Source of the DNA: Acidobacteriota bacterium
GTDB lineage: Bacteria; Acidobacteriota; UBA6911; RPQK01; JAJDTT01
NCBI GenBank assembly: GCA_965209055.1
Contig: OZ242374.1
Location: 338,713 to 402,712, forward strand
Direction: 5' to 3'
Length of the DNA: 64,000 nt
Shown here: positions 9,417 through 17,856 of the stretch, in pieces
Position numbering within the stretch: position 1 is the first letter of the stretch
Layout of the letters: each line of letters begins with the position of its first letter
The notes under the pieces: generated by a model
What the model was told of the DNA's origin: nothing
What the model saw: the letters and a program-made list of their open reading frames with translations, nothing else
The model's database searches: none
Made by a program: the position numbers and the translations under genes

Positions 9417-10505
9417 ATGGGCATCTACAAGGTGAAGGATCGCCGGGGGAGACGACGCTATGTCGTCAGCAAGTACTGGCCGAACGGATCCGGTCGGCTC
9501 CGAATGTACGCCCCCAACTACCGGAGCGCACAGGCGCTTCAAACACGAATCGAGTCCAGCATCCTGGACGGCACCTGGAAGCAGCTCAAGGAGGAGCTCG
9601 CCGGTGGGAAACGCACCATCTGGACGGTCCGGAGCTTCTACGAGCGTTTCTTCGAGGAGTACTGCAAACCTCGCATGCGCTCCCGGCGTCGCTATGCGCT
9701 CTCGTTCAAGAGCCTCAACGCCATGGTGGGGAACATTCCCCTGAAGGAGTTCCAACGCAAGGACCTTCACCGCTACGTCGCGAAACGGAAGGGGCAGGTC
9801 CAGCCGGCCACGGTGAACCGGGACATTGCCGCCATCAGCAAGCTGTTTTCCTACGCGCTGGAGTGCGGGGAAGTGGACACGCACCCGCTGGTGAGATTCC
9901 CCAAACTCAAAGAACCCAAGAAGGTCTTCCGGCCCTTGACGGTTCAACAGTTCCGCGACCTGGTCGAGGCGATGGACAACCCTTACCTGCAAGCCATGGT
10001 TGCGGTGATCGGCGAGACGGGGATACGAAAAGGCGAAGCCTTGTCGCTCACCTGGAAACGGGTGGACCTATCCCGGAGGCTGCTATGGGTGGAATTCACC
10101 AAGAACGACGAGCCGAGGGAGATCCCGCTGTCGAAGTACGCTGCTGGATATCTGGCCGGTCTGGTTCGTTACCTGAACACCCCTTACGTCTTCGTCAACA
10201 CCCGGACCGGGACGAGATGGGTGAATCCGGACAAGCCGTTGCGTCGAGCCGCCGAGCGGGTGGGGTTGAAGGTCGGGTTTCACGACCTGAGACGATTCCG
10301 GTGCAGCCATTGGCTGATGCAGGGGGTGGACGTGAGGACGGTGCAGAAGCTGATGGGTCACTCGGCGATCAGCACGACGATGCGCTACGCGGGGTACGTC
10401 AGTTCCCATGCGCTTGCCAGCATTCGGGAGGCACAGGCTACCGAAGACTCACAAACGCGCCCGGCAACAAACAGGCAACAGCTAGGAAATAGGAGGAATG
10501 ATTAG
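9417..10505 (+). CDS. Tyrosine recombinase / phage-type integrase
   Basis: HDLRRFRCSHW (HxxR box) and LMGHSAISTTMRYAGY (catalytic Tyr region). An N-terminal core-binding-like region is present (FYERFFEEYCKP...). SD AAAGGAGG lies before ATG 9417. Confidence 0.9.
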   Translation: MGIYKVKDRRGRRRYVVSKYWPNGSGRLRMYAPNYRSAQALQTRIESSILDGTWKQLKEELAGGKRTIWTVRSFYERFFEEYCKPRMRSRRRYALSFKSLNAMVGNIPLKEFQRKDLHRYVAKRKGQVQPATVNRDIAAISKLFSYALECGEVDTHPLVRFPKLKEPKKVFRPLTVQQFRDLVEAMDNPYLQAMVAVIGETGIRKGEALSLTWKRVDLSRRLLWVEFTKNDEPREIPLSKYAAGYLAGLVRYLNTPYVFVNTRTGTRWVNPDKPLRRAAERVGLKVGFHDLRRFRCSHWLMQGVDVRTVQKLMGHSAISTTMRYAGYVSSHALASIREAQATEDSQTRPATNRQQLGNRRND

Positions 10506-10571
10506 AGGAGAGAGGGGGCGTAAACCTTTGAAAATAAATGCGCTCGACCTAATCTCAGCAGGACAGAGCAC

Positions 10572-10617
10572 GGGACTGTTAGTCCCCCATTCTTCCTTTC
10601 CCCGATCCTGCTCGGGG
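10572..10617 (+). terminator. Two short GC hairpins downstream of the integrase
   Basis: GGGACT-gtt-AGTCCC (10572-10586) and CCCCGA-tcctgc-TCGGGG (10600-10617). Neither is followed by a T-tract, so a terminator function is tentative. Confidence 0.3.
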
Positions 10618-10633
10618 TCACTGTTCCACTGGA

Positions 10634-10688
10634 GTTCGGCGGTAAGAAAACCGCCGCTCCAGTTCGGCGGTTAGGAAACCGCCGCCCC
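10634..10688. repeat. Tandem pair of 27-nt REP-like hairpin units (28-nt period)
   Basis: Units are gttcggcggtaagaaaaccgccgctcc (10634-10660) and gttcggcggttaggaaaccgccgcccc (10662-10688). Each folds as CGGCGGTT-AGGA-AACCGCCG. The 25-nt core tcggcggttaggaaaccgccgcccc recurs twice at 52549-52603. The last base overlaps the fdsA stop codon. Confidence 0.75.
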
Positions 10689-13525
10689 TATGCCTTGGCC
10701 AGGGCCGGCTCCCGGTGATCCATCGGCACCGGCTCGCCTTCGATGGTCACGTCGGGCAGGGAGAAGCTCTCTTCGATCCCGGTAGCGACCTTCTCCAGCC
10801 GAACCGCGCTCACCTTGTACTCGGGACAACCGGTGAACTCGTCCTTGGCGTCTCCCACCAGGATGTTGGTGCGGGTCTCGGGATAGTGGAAGGTCATGAA
10901 GACGGTGCCCACGTTGCTGGCCTTGGTGATCTCGGCCTTGACCCGGACCCGTCCCCGGCGGGAGATCACATCCACCAATTCCCCTTCCTCGATGCCCAGG
11001 GAGCGGGCGTCGCGGGGATGGATCCGCACTGTCTCTTCACGGGCCTTGTCCAGCTTGCTCACGGCGGTGCGGCGGGTCTGGGTGCCCACGTTGTAGTGGA
11101 AGAGCATGCGGCCGGTGGTGAGGTAGAAGGGGAACTCGTCGTCGGGCAGCTCTCCCGGTTCCTGCCAGGGGGTGACCGTCAACTGTGCCTTGCCGCGCAG
11201 GAAGTCCCCTCCCTCATGGACGATCTCCGTTCCCGGATGGTTCTCGTCCCAGCAGGGCCACTGGAGGAAGCCCTCCTTCTCCAGCCGGTCGTAGCGGACG
11301 CCGCCCCACTTGGGAGTGAGCCGGGCGATTTCGTCCATGATCCGGCTGGGGTCGATGGAAGTCCCCGGTCCGTCGTCGAAACCCAGGTCGAACCCCATGC
11401 GGCGGGCCACCGTGTTGACCACGTCGCCGTCGGCCAGGAGGCTGCCGGGCGGCGGCGCCACTTTGCGCACGCGCTGGATCCGGCGGTCGGAGTTGGTGAA
11501 GGTGCCGTCCTTTTCCAGGAACGTGGAGCCGGGCAGCACCACGTCGGCGTACTTGGCCGTCTCGCACATGAAGATGTCCTGCACCACCAGGAAGTCCAGC
11601 TTCTCCAGGGCTCCCACCACATGGGCCGTGTCCGGGTCCGACTGGGCGATGTCTTCGGCCAGCACGTACATGGCCTTGAGAGTGCCTTCGTGGGCCGCGT
11701 CGAACATGTCGGGGATGCGCAGACCGGCGTTGTCCGGCATGGAACAACCCCAGACCGCCTCGTGCTCGGCCCGCGCCTGGGGATCGGTGGTCTGGCGGTA
11801 GTCGCTGAAGACGTTGGGCAGCGCGCCCATGTCGGATGCGCCCTGCACGTTGTTCTGTCCCCGGATGGGACAGGTTCCTGTGCCGGGCCGCCCGATGTTC
11901 CCGGTCATGACCGCCATGTTGATCATGCCGAAGACGGCGTTGGAGCCGTGTCCGGCCTCGGTCACTCCCAGACCCCACAGGATCTGGCTGGCGCCGCTGG
12001 CCGCATACATCCGGGCCGCCTTGCGAATCAGCCCGGGCTCCACCCCGCTGATCTCGCCGGCCCACTCGGGCGTGCAGGATGCCAACTCGGCCCGGAGTTC
12101 GTCGAATCCTTCGCTGTACCGGTCGATGAAGTCCTGGTCGATGAGCCCTTCCGTGAGCAGGACGTGCTGCATGGCGTTGATCACGGCCACGTTGGAGCCG
12201 GGCTTCAACGGCAAGTGCAGGTCGGACCATCTCGCCAGCTCCGTGTTCCGGGGGTCCAGGACGATGAGCTGGCAGCCCTTGAGGACGGCCTGTTTCATCC
12301 GGGCCCCGAAGACCGGATGGGCCTCCGTGGGGTTGGCGCCCACGATCATGAGCAGCTTCGACCTCTCCACATCCTGGAAGCTGTTGGTCCCGGCCCCCGT
12401 CCCCAACGCGGCGCCCAGAGCGAAGGCGGAGGGGGAGTGGCAGACTCGTGAGCAGTTGTCCACGGAGTTGGTCCGCATGATGGTGCGGGTGAACTTCTGG
12501 GTCAGGAAATTCTCTTCGTTGGTGCAGCGGGAGGAACTGATGAAGGCGAACCCTTCCGGGCCGTACCGTTCCCGGACCTCCAGTAGATTGCTGGCGATCA
12601 GGTCGAAGGCCTCGTCCCAGGAGGCCTCGCGGAAGTTGCCTTCGCCGTCCTTGATCAGGGGAACCCGCAGCCGGTCCTTGCTCTTCCCGAATTGATGGGC
12701 GAACCGCCCCTTGACGCAGGTGTGGCCCAGATTCGCGCTCCCCTCGGGATTCGGCTCGATGTTGACGATCTCGCCGTCCTTCATGTTCACGTTCAGCGAA
12801 CAGCCGACTCCGCAGTAGCTGCAGGTGGTGGTGACGGTCTCGTCAGGCAGGCCGTGGGCCCGGGTCTGGGTCTCCTCCAGCGCGGCCACGGGACACTCGA
12901 ACACACACTGGCCGCAACTGACGCAGTCGGCCTCCTCGAACCCGGTGTCGTTCCCCGCGATGACCTGGACGTCGTACCCGCGGCCGGACATTCCCAGGAT
13001 GAAGGAACCCTGGATCTCGTCGCAGGCCCGCACGCACCGGGCGCAGCCGATGCACTTGTCCATCTCCAGCTTGATGAAGGGATGGGTGTTGTCCATGGGG
13101 GGTGTGTGCGTGCGCGGGTTCTCGTAACGGGGAGTGCGCAGACCCACGTCCTGGGCCAGGGACTGGAGCTCGCAACGCCCGTTGGCGGTGCAGTCCAGGC
13201 ATTCCAGCGGATGGTCCGAGACGATCAGCTCGGTGATGTTGCGACGCAGACGGGTGAGCAGGGGCGACCGGGTGGTGTAGACGCCGCCTTCCCGAACCTG
13301 CGTGTGACACGACGCAACCGGTTTCCCTCCATCCTGTTCCACCAGGCAGGTCCGGCAGGCGCCGAACGGCTCCATGCGATCGGAGTAGCAGAGCGTGGGA
13401 ACGGTGCTCCCAATGGGCTTCATGGCCTCCAGGATGGTCGCTCCGCGCGGGACCATGACGGACTGCCCATCGATGGTCGCGGATACGTGCCCATTCCGGG
13501 AGCCGTGCCCGTTCTGTTGGCTCAT
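10688..13525 (-). CDS. fdsA: NAD-dependent formate dehydrogenase alpha subunit (molybdopterin, Cys-type)
   Basis: N-terminal 2Fe-2S region (CYSDRMEPFGACRTCLV) and ferredoxin-type clusters (CIGCARCVRAC, CVSCGQCVFEC). The MopB domain has an active-site Cys in NCSRVCHSPS. There is no in-frame TGA. Confidence 0.9.
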   Translation of the reverse strand: MSQQNGHGSRNGHVSATIDGQSVMVPRGATILEAMKPIGSTVPTLCYSDRMEPFGACRTCLVEQDGGKPVASCHTQVREGGVYTTRSPLLTRLRRNITELIVSDHPLECLDCTANGRCELQSLAQDVGLRTPRYENPRTHTPPMDNTHPFIKLEMDKCIGCARCVRACDEIQGSFILGMSGRGYDVQVIAGNDTGFEEADCVSCGQCVFECPVAALEETQTRAHGLPDETVTTTCSYCGVGCSLNVNMKDGEIVNIEPNPEGSANLGHTCVKGRFAHQFGKSKDRLRVPLIKDGEGNFREASWDEAFDLIASNLLEVRERYGPEGFAFISSSRCTNEENFLTQKFTRTIMRTNSVDNCSRVCHSPSAFALGAALGTGAGTNSFQDVERSKLLMIVGANPTEAHPVFGARMKQAVLKGCQLIVLDPRNTELARWSDLHLPLKPGSNVAVINAMQHVLLTEGLIDQDFIDRYSEGFDELRAELASCTPEWAGEISGVEPGLIRKAARMYAASGASQILWGLGVTEAGHGSNAVFGMINMAVMTGNIGRPGTGTCPIRGQNNVQGASDMGALPNVFSDYRQTTDPQARAEHEAVWGCSMPDNAGLRIPDMFDAAHEGTLKAMYVLAEDIAQSDPDTAHVVGALEKLDFLVVQDIFMCETAKYADVVLPGSTFLEKDGTFTNSDRRIQRVRKVAPPPGSLLADGDVVNTVARRMGFDLGFDDGPGTSIDPSRIMDEIARLTPKWGGVRYDRLEKEGFLQWPCWDENHPGTEIVHEGGDFLRGKAQLTVTPWQEPGELPDDEFPFYLTTGRMLFHYNVGTQTRRTAVSKLDKAREETVRIHPRDARSLGIEEGELVDVISRRGRVRVKAEITKASNVGTVFMTFHYPETRTNILVGDAKDEFTGCPEYKVSAVRLEKVATGIEESFSLPDVTIEGEPVPMDHREPALAKA

Positions 13526-13578
13526 AAGCGAGTTCCTATACCGTACCCACCAGTTTACTACGTTTTAACGGGAATCTT

Positions 13579-13653
13579 CTACGCGCTCCGGTACTTGTCG
13601 ATTTCTTCCGGAAAGAACTCCGGGAGGGGGGACATTCCTGTCCCCCTCTTCAT
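13579..13653 (-). pseudogene. 24-codon vestigial ORF duplicating the 3' end of fdsB
   Basis: The ORF encodes MKRGTGMSPLPEFFPEEIDKYRSA*. Its tail parallels the fdsB C-terminus EFFPDEIDRYRR*, with about 27/33 nt identical to 13687-13719. A hairpin (GAGGGGGGACA-ttcc-TGTCCCCCTC) lies inside it. Confidence 0.35.
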
Positions 13654-13683
13654 AGCCGACCCGGAACCGGACTATTTCCTCGT

Positions 13684-15444
13684 TCATCTGCGGTACCGAT
13701 CGATCTCATCGGGAAAGAACTCCATCAAATTCTCGATGGGAATGGGGATCATTCCGCCCAGAGCGCAGAGGCTGCCGTATTTCATGGTCTCGCACAATTC
13801 CGAGAGCAACTGCAGTTTGTCGTCGGTCACGCCGGAGCCGTCGGGGTCCAGAAACTGGTCGAACATTTCGGTTCCCCGCACGGCGCCGATACGGCAGGGG
13901 AAGCACTTCCCGCAGCTTTCCACGGCGCAGAAGGCCATCAGGGCGCGGCCGATCTCCACCAGGTCGTCCCCTTGGGAATAGACCACCACCCCGGCATGCC
14001 CCAGGATGCCGCCGGCTTCGGCCATGGTCTCGAACGCCAGGGGGGTGTCCAGCTTGCTCTCGGGCAGGATGCCTCCCAAGGGTCCTCCCACCTGGACCGC
14101 CTTGAAGACCTCTCCGGACGCCATTCCGCCGGCCCGGCGGAAGATCAGGTCCCGCAAGGTGACCCCCAACTCGATCTCGTAGAGCCCCGGACGCCGGACC
14201 CGGGTGTTGAGGCTCACCAGCTTGGTCCCCCGGGATTTCCCATGTCCGAAAGCGGCATAGGCCTCCCCGCCGTGTTCGATGATCCAGGGGAGGTTGTGCA
14301 GCGTCTCGACGTTGTTCACTGCAGTGGGGCAGCCGTAGAGCCCCTTCTCGGCCGGGAATGGGGGTTTGAAGCTGACGATGGCCGGGACCCCTTCGATGGA
14401 CCGGAGCAGCGAGGTCTCCTCGCCGCAGATATAGGCTCCCTGACCCTTGACGATCCGCACCCGGCACGAGAAATCGCTTCCCAATATGTTCGATCCCACG
14501 AGGCCGGCTCCTTCGGCCTCGGCGATCGCCTGGCGCATGACTCGAAGCAGGCAGGGGTACTCGAAGCGGATGTAGAGGATGACCTCCTGGGCGCCGCACG
14601 AGTACGCGGCCAGCAGCGCGCCTTCCAGCTGGGTGTGGGGATCGCGCTCCATCAGTTCCTTGTCGATATAGGAGCCCGCGTCCCCTTCGTCGCAATTGAC
14701 CACCACGAACTTGCGGCCGTCGGCCGAAGCGGATCGTGACACCGTTTCCAACTTGATGCCCGACGGAAAACCGGCTCCCCCGCGTCCGCGAAGCTGGCTG
14801 GCCTTGATCTCGTCGATCACCTGTTGGGGACTCATGGACGCCAGAGCCTTCTCCAGGGAACCGTAAGCTCCTGCCTCGCGGGCGCCCTGGAGAGACGCGA
14901 CGTCGCGGTCGAACCGCCTGAGCAGGATGCACGGTTCCCCGTCACGCGGCATGTGGATCGGGTTGTTGGGTTCGTTCAGTCCATGCGAAGCGCCGGAACG
15001 CGCGTACTCCAGCACCGATTCGAGCGCTCCTTCGCCGGCCATGCTGACCGGCTCATTGTCCAGCATGACGTTGGGTCCCAAGCCGCAATAGCCGAGACAG
15101 GTGACGTGCTCCACCCGCACCCCGTTGGCGCCGACGCCCCCGGGAGCGTCGAGGCCGCAGGCTTCAAGAAGCTTTTCCTCGCAGGAAACGAAGCCGGCGA
15201 CGCGGCAAGCCTCGCCGTTGCAGACCTTGACGACGCGTTCGGCCGGCCGGTCGTGGGTGAGCTCCTCGTAGAACTTGGCCGTGGCGCGGATCTGCTGCGG
15301 AGGGAGATGGTGCTGCCGCGCCAGACGGTCGATGTCCCGGTCGCCGATGTAGCCCTGCCGCTCGTGAAGCTTCGAAAGCTCGTCGTAGACGGTCTGTCCA
15401 TGGCCCAGAAACTTGTTCTGGAGGGCGATCAGGTTCTCGCTCAT
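13684..15444 (-). CDS. fdsB: Formate dehydrogenase beta subunit fused to a gamma (NuoE-like) domain; NuoF-like NAD/FMN module
   Basis: N-terminal thioredoxin-fold 2Fe-2S Cys set (CNGEACRV ... CLGYCGLGPN). FMN/NADH site GRGGAGFPSGIK. C-terminal 4Fe-4S ESCGKCFPCRIG. Confidence 0.9.
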   Translation of the reverse strand: MSENLIALQNKFLGHGQTVYDELSKLHERQGYIGDRDIDRLARQHHLPPQQIRATAKFYEELTHDRPAERVVKVCNGEACRVAGFVSCEEKLLEACGLDAPGGVGANGVRVEHVTCLGYCGLGPNVMLDNEPVSMAGEGALESVLEYARSGASHGLNEPNNPIHMPRDGEPCILLRRFDRDVASLQGAREAGAYGSLEKALASMSPQQVIDEIKASQLRGRGGAGFPSGIKLETVSRSASADGRKFVVVNCDEGDAGSYIDKELMERDPHTQLEGALLAAYSCGAQEVILYIRFEYPCLLRVMRQAIAEAEGAGLVGSNILGSDFSCRVRIVKGQGAYICGEETSLLRSIEGVPAIVSFKPPFPAEKGLYGCPTAVNNVETLHNLPWIIEHGGEAYAAFGHGKSRGTKLVSLNTRVRRPGLYEIELGVTLRDLIFRRAGGMASGEVFKAVQVGGPLGGILPESKLDTPLAFETMAEAGGILGHAGVVVYSQGDDLVEIGRALMAFCAVESCGKCFPCRIGAVRGTEMFDQFLDPDGSGVTDDKLQLLSELCETMKYGSLCALGGMIPIPIENLMEFFPDEIDRYRR

Positions 15445-15463
15445 GGGGCAATCCCTCCCGGCG

Positions 15464-17077
15464 TCAGGTTAGCAGAGCCATCCCGCCGCTGCCGGTGTCG
15501 GCGCCTCCCGAGAGCTGTCCGGTCTCGGGATCGATGACGATGGCATGAACCAGTCCCATCCCGCCGTGACTCAGGGGCAGCCGCTCGATGGGATGGTTCC
15601 GGCGAACCTGGGCGCAGACGAATTCGGGGATCCGGGCCTGGCAGCGGATCAGGTCTCCCTGGCAGTCGAAGCGGGGAGCCAGCACCGCGTCGCTGGCGCT
15701 CATTCCGAAATCCAGGATGTTGACCAGGACCTGGAGGACGGAAGTGATGATTCGAGTCGCGCCGGGTGCGCCGATCACCACCACCGGGCGATCCCCCTTG
15801 TAGACCAGGGTCGGCGTCATTCCCGTGGTTCGCCCCTTGCCCGGCGCGATGGAGTTGGGATGCCCGGCCAGGGGGTGAAAGTTGATCATGGAGTTGTTGT
15901 ACATGAAGCCCAGTCCCGGCGTGATCACTCCGGACGACATCCCCAGGGAATGGGTCAGAGAGACGCAGTTTCCCTCTGAGTCCACCACGCTCACCTGGGT
16001 CGTGTCGGGCGGTTCCGGCGCCATGGGCTCCACGGTGATGGCGCCGCCCTCCTCGATGGTGCGGCGCCACTGGGAGGCGCGTTCCTTGGAGGTCATCCAG
16101 TCCAGGGGAACGTCCACGAAATCCGGATCGGCCAGATGCAGGCTCCGGTCGGCGAAGGCGGCCTTCATGGCCATGGCGACGCGCTCGATATAGGCCGGGG
16201 AGTTGTGCCGCAGGCTGGCAACGTCCCAGCCTTCCAGGATGTTCAGAATGGCCGCCAGAGTCGGTCCTCCGTGGGGAGGCTGGGAGCTGACCACCCGGTA
16301 TCCCCGATAGCTTCCCACCACGGGTTCCGGATCCCGGAGCCGGTAGCCCGCCAGGTCGCCGCCGGTCACGAAGCTGCCGTTGGCCGCGAGGTCGGCGGCC
16401 ATGGTTTCCGCCAGTTCTCCCCGGTAGAAATCTTCGGGGCCGGCTTCGGCCAAGTGCTCGAGGGTCGAGGCATAGTCGGGGTTGGCGACCCGATCCCCGA
16501 CCTCGCGGGGGAGCCCCTCCTCGTTGAGATAGATCCGGCTCGCCTCGGCATTGCCCCGGACGTAGTCCATCAGGCAGGAAGCTTCGGGATAGGCCGGCCT
16601 GGCTCTCCATCCGTCGGCCAGGGATTTGTCCACCAGGAACCCCTCCCGGGCGATTCTGGCCGCCGGCTCCAGGACTGCCTTCCAGGAAAGGGTTCCCCAG
16701 CGCTCCAGCATGGCGGCGAATCCCTTGACCGCTCCGGGGACGCAGACCGACTGGTAACCCAGGTCGTTGACCTTGTCCTTCAGGAAGAAACCCCAGCCGT
16801 CGGGGTTGGGTCCCAGGATCGCCTTCTCCCACATGGCGGGAGAGACCTTCGATCCGGCCAGAGCGGGAGCATCCAGGACCCGTCCGTTCCCGCCGGAATC
16901 GCCGGCGAGGTGGAGGGTCGTAATGATGTAGCCACCGATCCCGCACATGTGGGGGCTCGCGACCGACTGCACCAGGGCGCAGGTGACGGCGGCGTCCACG
17001 GCGTTGCCGCCCGCCATCAGGACCTTGGCCCCCTCTTCCACGGCTACGGGCTGGGGAGCGACGATCATTCCGGGCAT
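15464..17077 (-). CDS. ggt: Gamma-glutamyltranspeptidase
   Basis: N-terminus MIVAPQPVAVEEGAKVLMAGGNAVDAAV. Autoprocessing/nucleophile region PPDTTQVSVVDSEGN. The length of 537 aa fits the family. Confidence 0.85.
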   Translation of the reverse strand: MPGMIVAPQPVAVEEGAKVLMAGGNAVDAAVTCALVQSVASPHMCGIGGYIITTLHLAGDSGGNGRVLDAPALAGSKVSPAMWEKAILGPNPDGWGFFLKDKVNDLGYQSVCVPGAVKGFAAMLERWGTLSWKAVLEPAARIAREGFLVDKSLADGWRARPAYPEASCLMDYVRGNAEASRIYLNEEGLPREVGDRVANPDYASTLEHLAEAGPEDFYRGELAETMAADLAANGSFVTGGDLAGYRLRDPEPVVGSYRGYRVVSSQPPHGGPTLAAILNILEGWDVASLRHNSPAYIERVAMAMKAAFADRSLHLADPDFVDVPLDWMTSKERASQWRRTIEEGGAITVEPMAPEPPDTTQVSVVDSEGNCVSLTHSLGMSSGVITPGLGFMYNNSMINFHPLAGHPNSIAPGKGRTTGMTPTLVYKGDRPVVVIGAPGATRIITSVLQVLVNILDFGMSASDAVLAPRFDCQGDLIRCQARIPEFVCAQVRRNHPIERLPLSHGGMGLVHAIVIDPETGQLSGGADTGSGGMALLT

Positions 17078-17323
17078 GGGCGACCTTCCTGTCAGATTCT
17101 AACTCTATTCAGCACTATGGTTTGCCCGCCATCTTCCGTTTCCCGGTCTTTTTGGCGAGCCAATCGGAAAATGCCGATGAACCCCGGCCACAATGCCTGA
17201 AACGATCATGCAAGTCGAGTCGTGGCGGTCCACCGGGAGAGAATGTTTGGACGTCGAACTTGTAGTGCGACCGTTGTATCCTGAAGAGTGTCCACGTCCG
17301 CAACAACTATAGGAACCAGGTAA

Positions 17324-17578
17324 ATGACATCTATGATGACAATAAAACTTTCGATGGACACGAAACTCCTGGGACGGATTGAGAAACGCGCTCAGCAACT
17401 CGGTACAACACGATCCGCGTTTACCCGGGAGGCCTTGCGGGCCGCGTTGGACCGCTACGACGAAGCGGAATCGGAAGCGCAGCACCGAGCCGGTTATCGT
17501 CGGCTTCCGAACATCCCGGGAGAGTTTTTGGTTCCGGAAGAGGACTTCGTTTGGGGCGATCGTGCATGGAGTGATTGA
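17324..17578 (+). CDS. Ribbon-helix-helix (CopG/MetJ-type) antitoxin-like protein
   Basis: 84 aa, with IKLSMDTKLLGRIEKRAQQLGTTRSAFTREALRAAL giving a strand-helix-helix pattern. A short ORF follows 2 nt later at 17581, which is TA-like spacing. Confidence 0.6.
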   Translation: MTSMMTIKLSMDTKLLGRIEKRAQQLGTTRSAFTREALRAALDRYDEAESEAQHRAGYRRLPNIPGEFLVPEEDFVWGDRAWSD

Positions 17579-17580
17579 CT

Positions 17581-17661
17581 ATGCACCGTGGTGAGATCCG
17601 TTGTTGTCGAACCGGGCAGCGTTACTGGCGAGACATCTGTCGGCTGCCGTATCATCGTTGA
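17581..17661 (+). pseudogene. Possible remnant of a PemK/MazF-type toxin gene
   Basis: It starts MHRGEI, resembling the M-x-RGD[IV] start of PemK/MazF, then stops after 26 codons. The neighbouring frame continues VVVEPGSVTGETSVGCRIIV, loosely like the DP..G.E....RP..V block. The call is weak. Confidence 0.25.
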
Positions 17662-17667
17662 GCAGCC

Positions 17668-17847
17668 ATGCGGGAGATTGTCTTCGTCGTCGAGGAAGCC
17701 CCAGAGAGCGGATTCACTGCGCGTGCCTTGGGTGTTTCGATTTTTACTGAAGCCGACACGCTTCCGGAGCTTCACGCAGCGATGCGGGATGCTGTCCGGT
17801 GTCACTTTGAAGAGCGCGATCGACCGAAAGTTATTCGGCTACATTAA
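17668..17847 (+). CDS. Truncated HicB-like small antitoxin-family protein (family often mis-annotated as 2-oxoisovalerate dehydrogenase)
   Basis: 59 codons, too short for the ORF track: MREIVFVVEEAPESGFTARALGVSIFTEADTLPELHAAMRDAVRCHFEERDRPKVIRLH*. As I recall, family members continue ...RLHFVR[DE]EV.... Here the ORF ends 9 nt before the neighbouring gene's stop. Confidence 0.5.
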   Translation: MREIVFVVEEAPESGFTARALGVSIFTEADTLPELHAAMRDAVRCHFEERDRPKVIRLH

Positions 17848-17856
17848 CAAAGTCCG

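Noticed and set aside
9211-9435. Excisionase/HTH-like small ORF upstream of the integrase (VATVAQYLDKVISTIRKLADLNII...).
   Set aside because: It has a GTG start with no SD. The second half is Arg-rich nonsense overlapping the integrase SD/start. The resemblance to Xis/AlpA is only impressionistic.
9126-10492. ORFs 9126-9992 (minus) and 9413-10492 (plus, 359 aa) overlapping the integrase.
   Set aside because: The 9417-10505 frame contains the HxxR and catalytic-Tyr boxes and a strong SD. The alternatives are Arg/Gly/Pro-rich shadow frames.
10634-10688. Possibility that the 27-nt repeats (here and at 52549-52603) are a mini CRISPR array.
   Set aside because: There are only two units per locus, separated by 1 nt with no spacers, and there are no cas genes. 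The units are palindromic terminator/REP-like elements.
10506-10690. Search for a tRNA or tmRNA integration target next to the integrase.
   Set aside because: I saw no cloverleaf-compatible sequence or T-loop (GGTTCGAnTCC-like) motif. Only short hairpins and the REP-like pair are present.
10715-12451. A 578-aa ORF antisense to fdsA, plus overlapping ORFs at 11214-12230, 11814-12695 and 12692-13981.
   Set aside because: These are typical high-GC shadow ORFs with Gly/Arg/His/Pro-rich low-complexity translations and no motifs. The opposite frame carries the complete Fe-S and molybdopterin motifs of formate dehydrogenase.
10688-13525. Selenocysteine (in-frame TGA plus SECIS) in the formate dehydrogenase.
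   Set aside because: The ORF is uninterrupted and the active-site position reads Cys (NCSRVCHSPS).
13706-16946. Alternative long ORFs overlapping fdsB and ggt (13706-14932 and 15441-16946 on the minus strand; 13972-14739, 14824-15537 and 16136-17200 on the plus strand).
   Set aside because: They are out-of-frame or antisense to genes with unambiguous family motifs, and their translations are Arg/Gly/Pro-rich.
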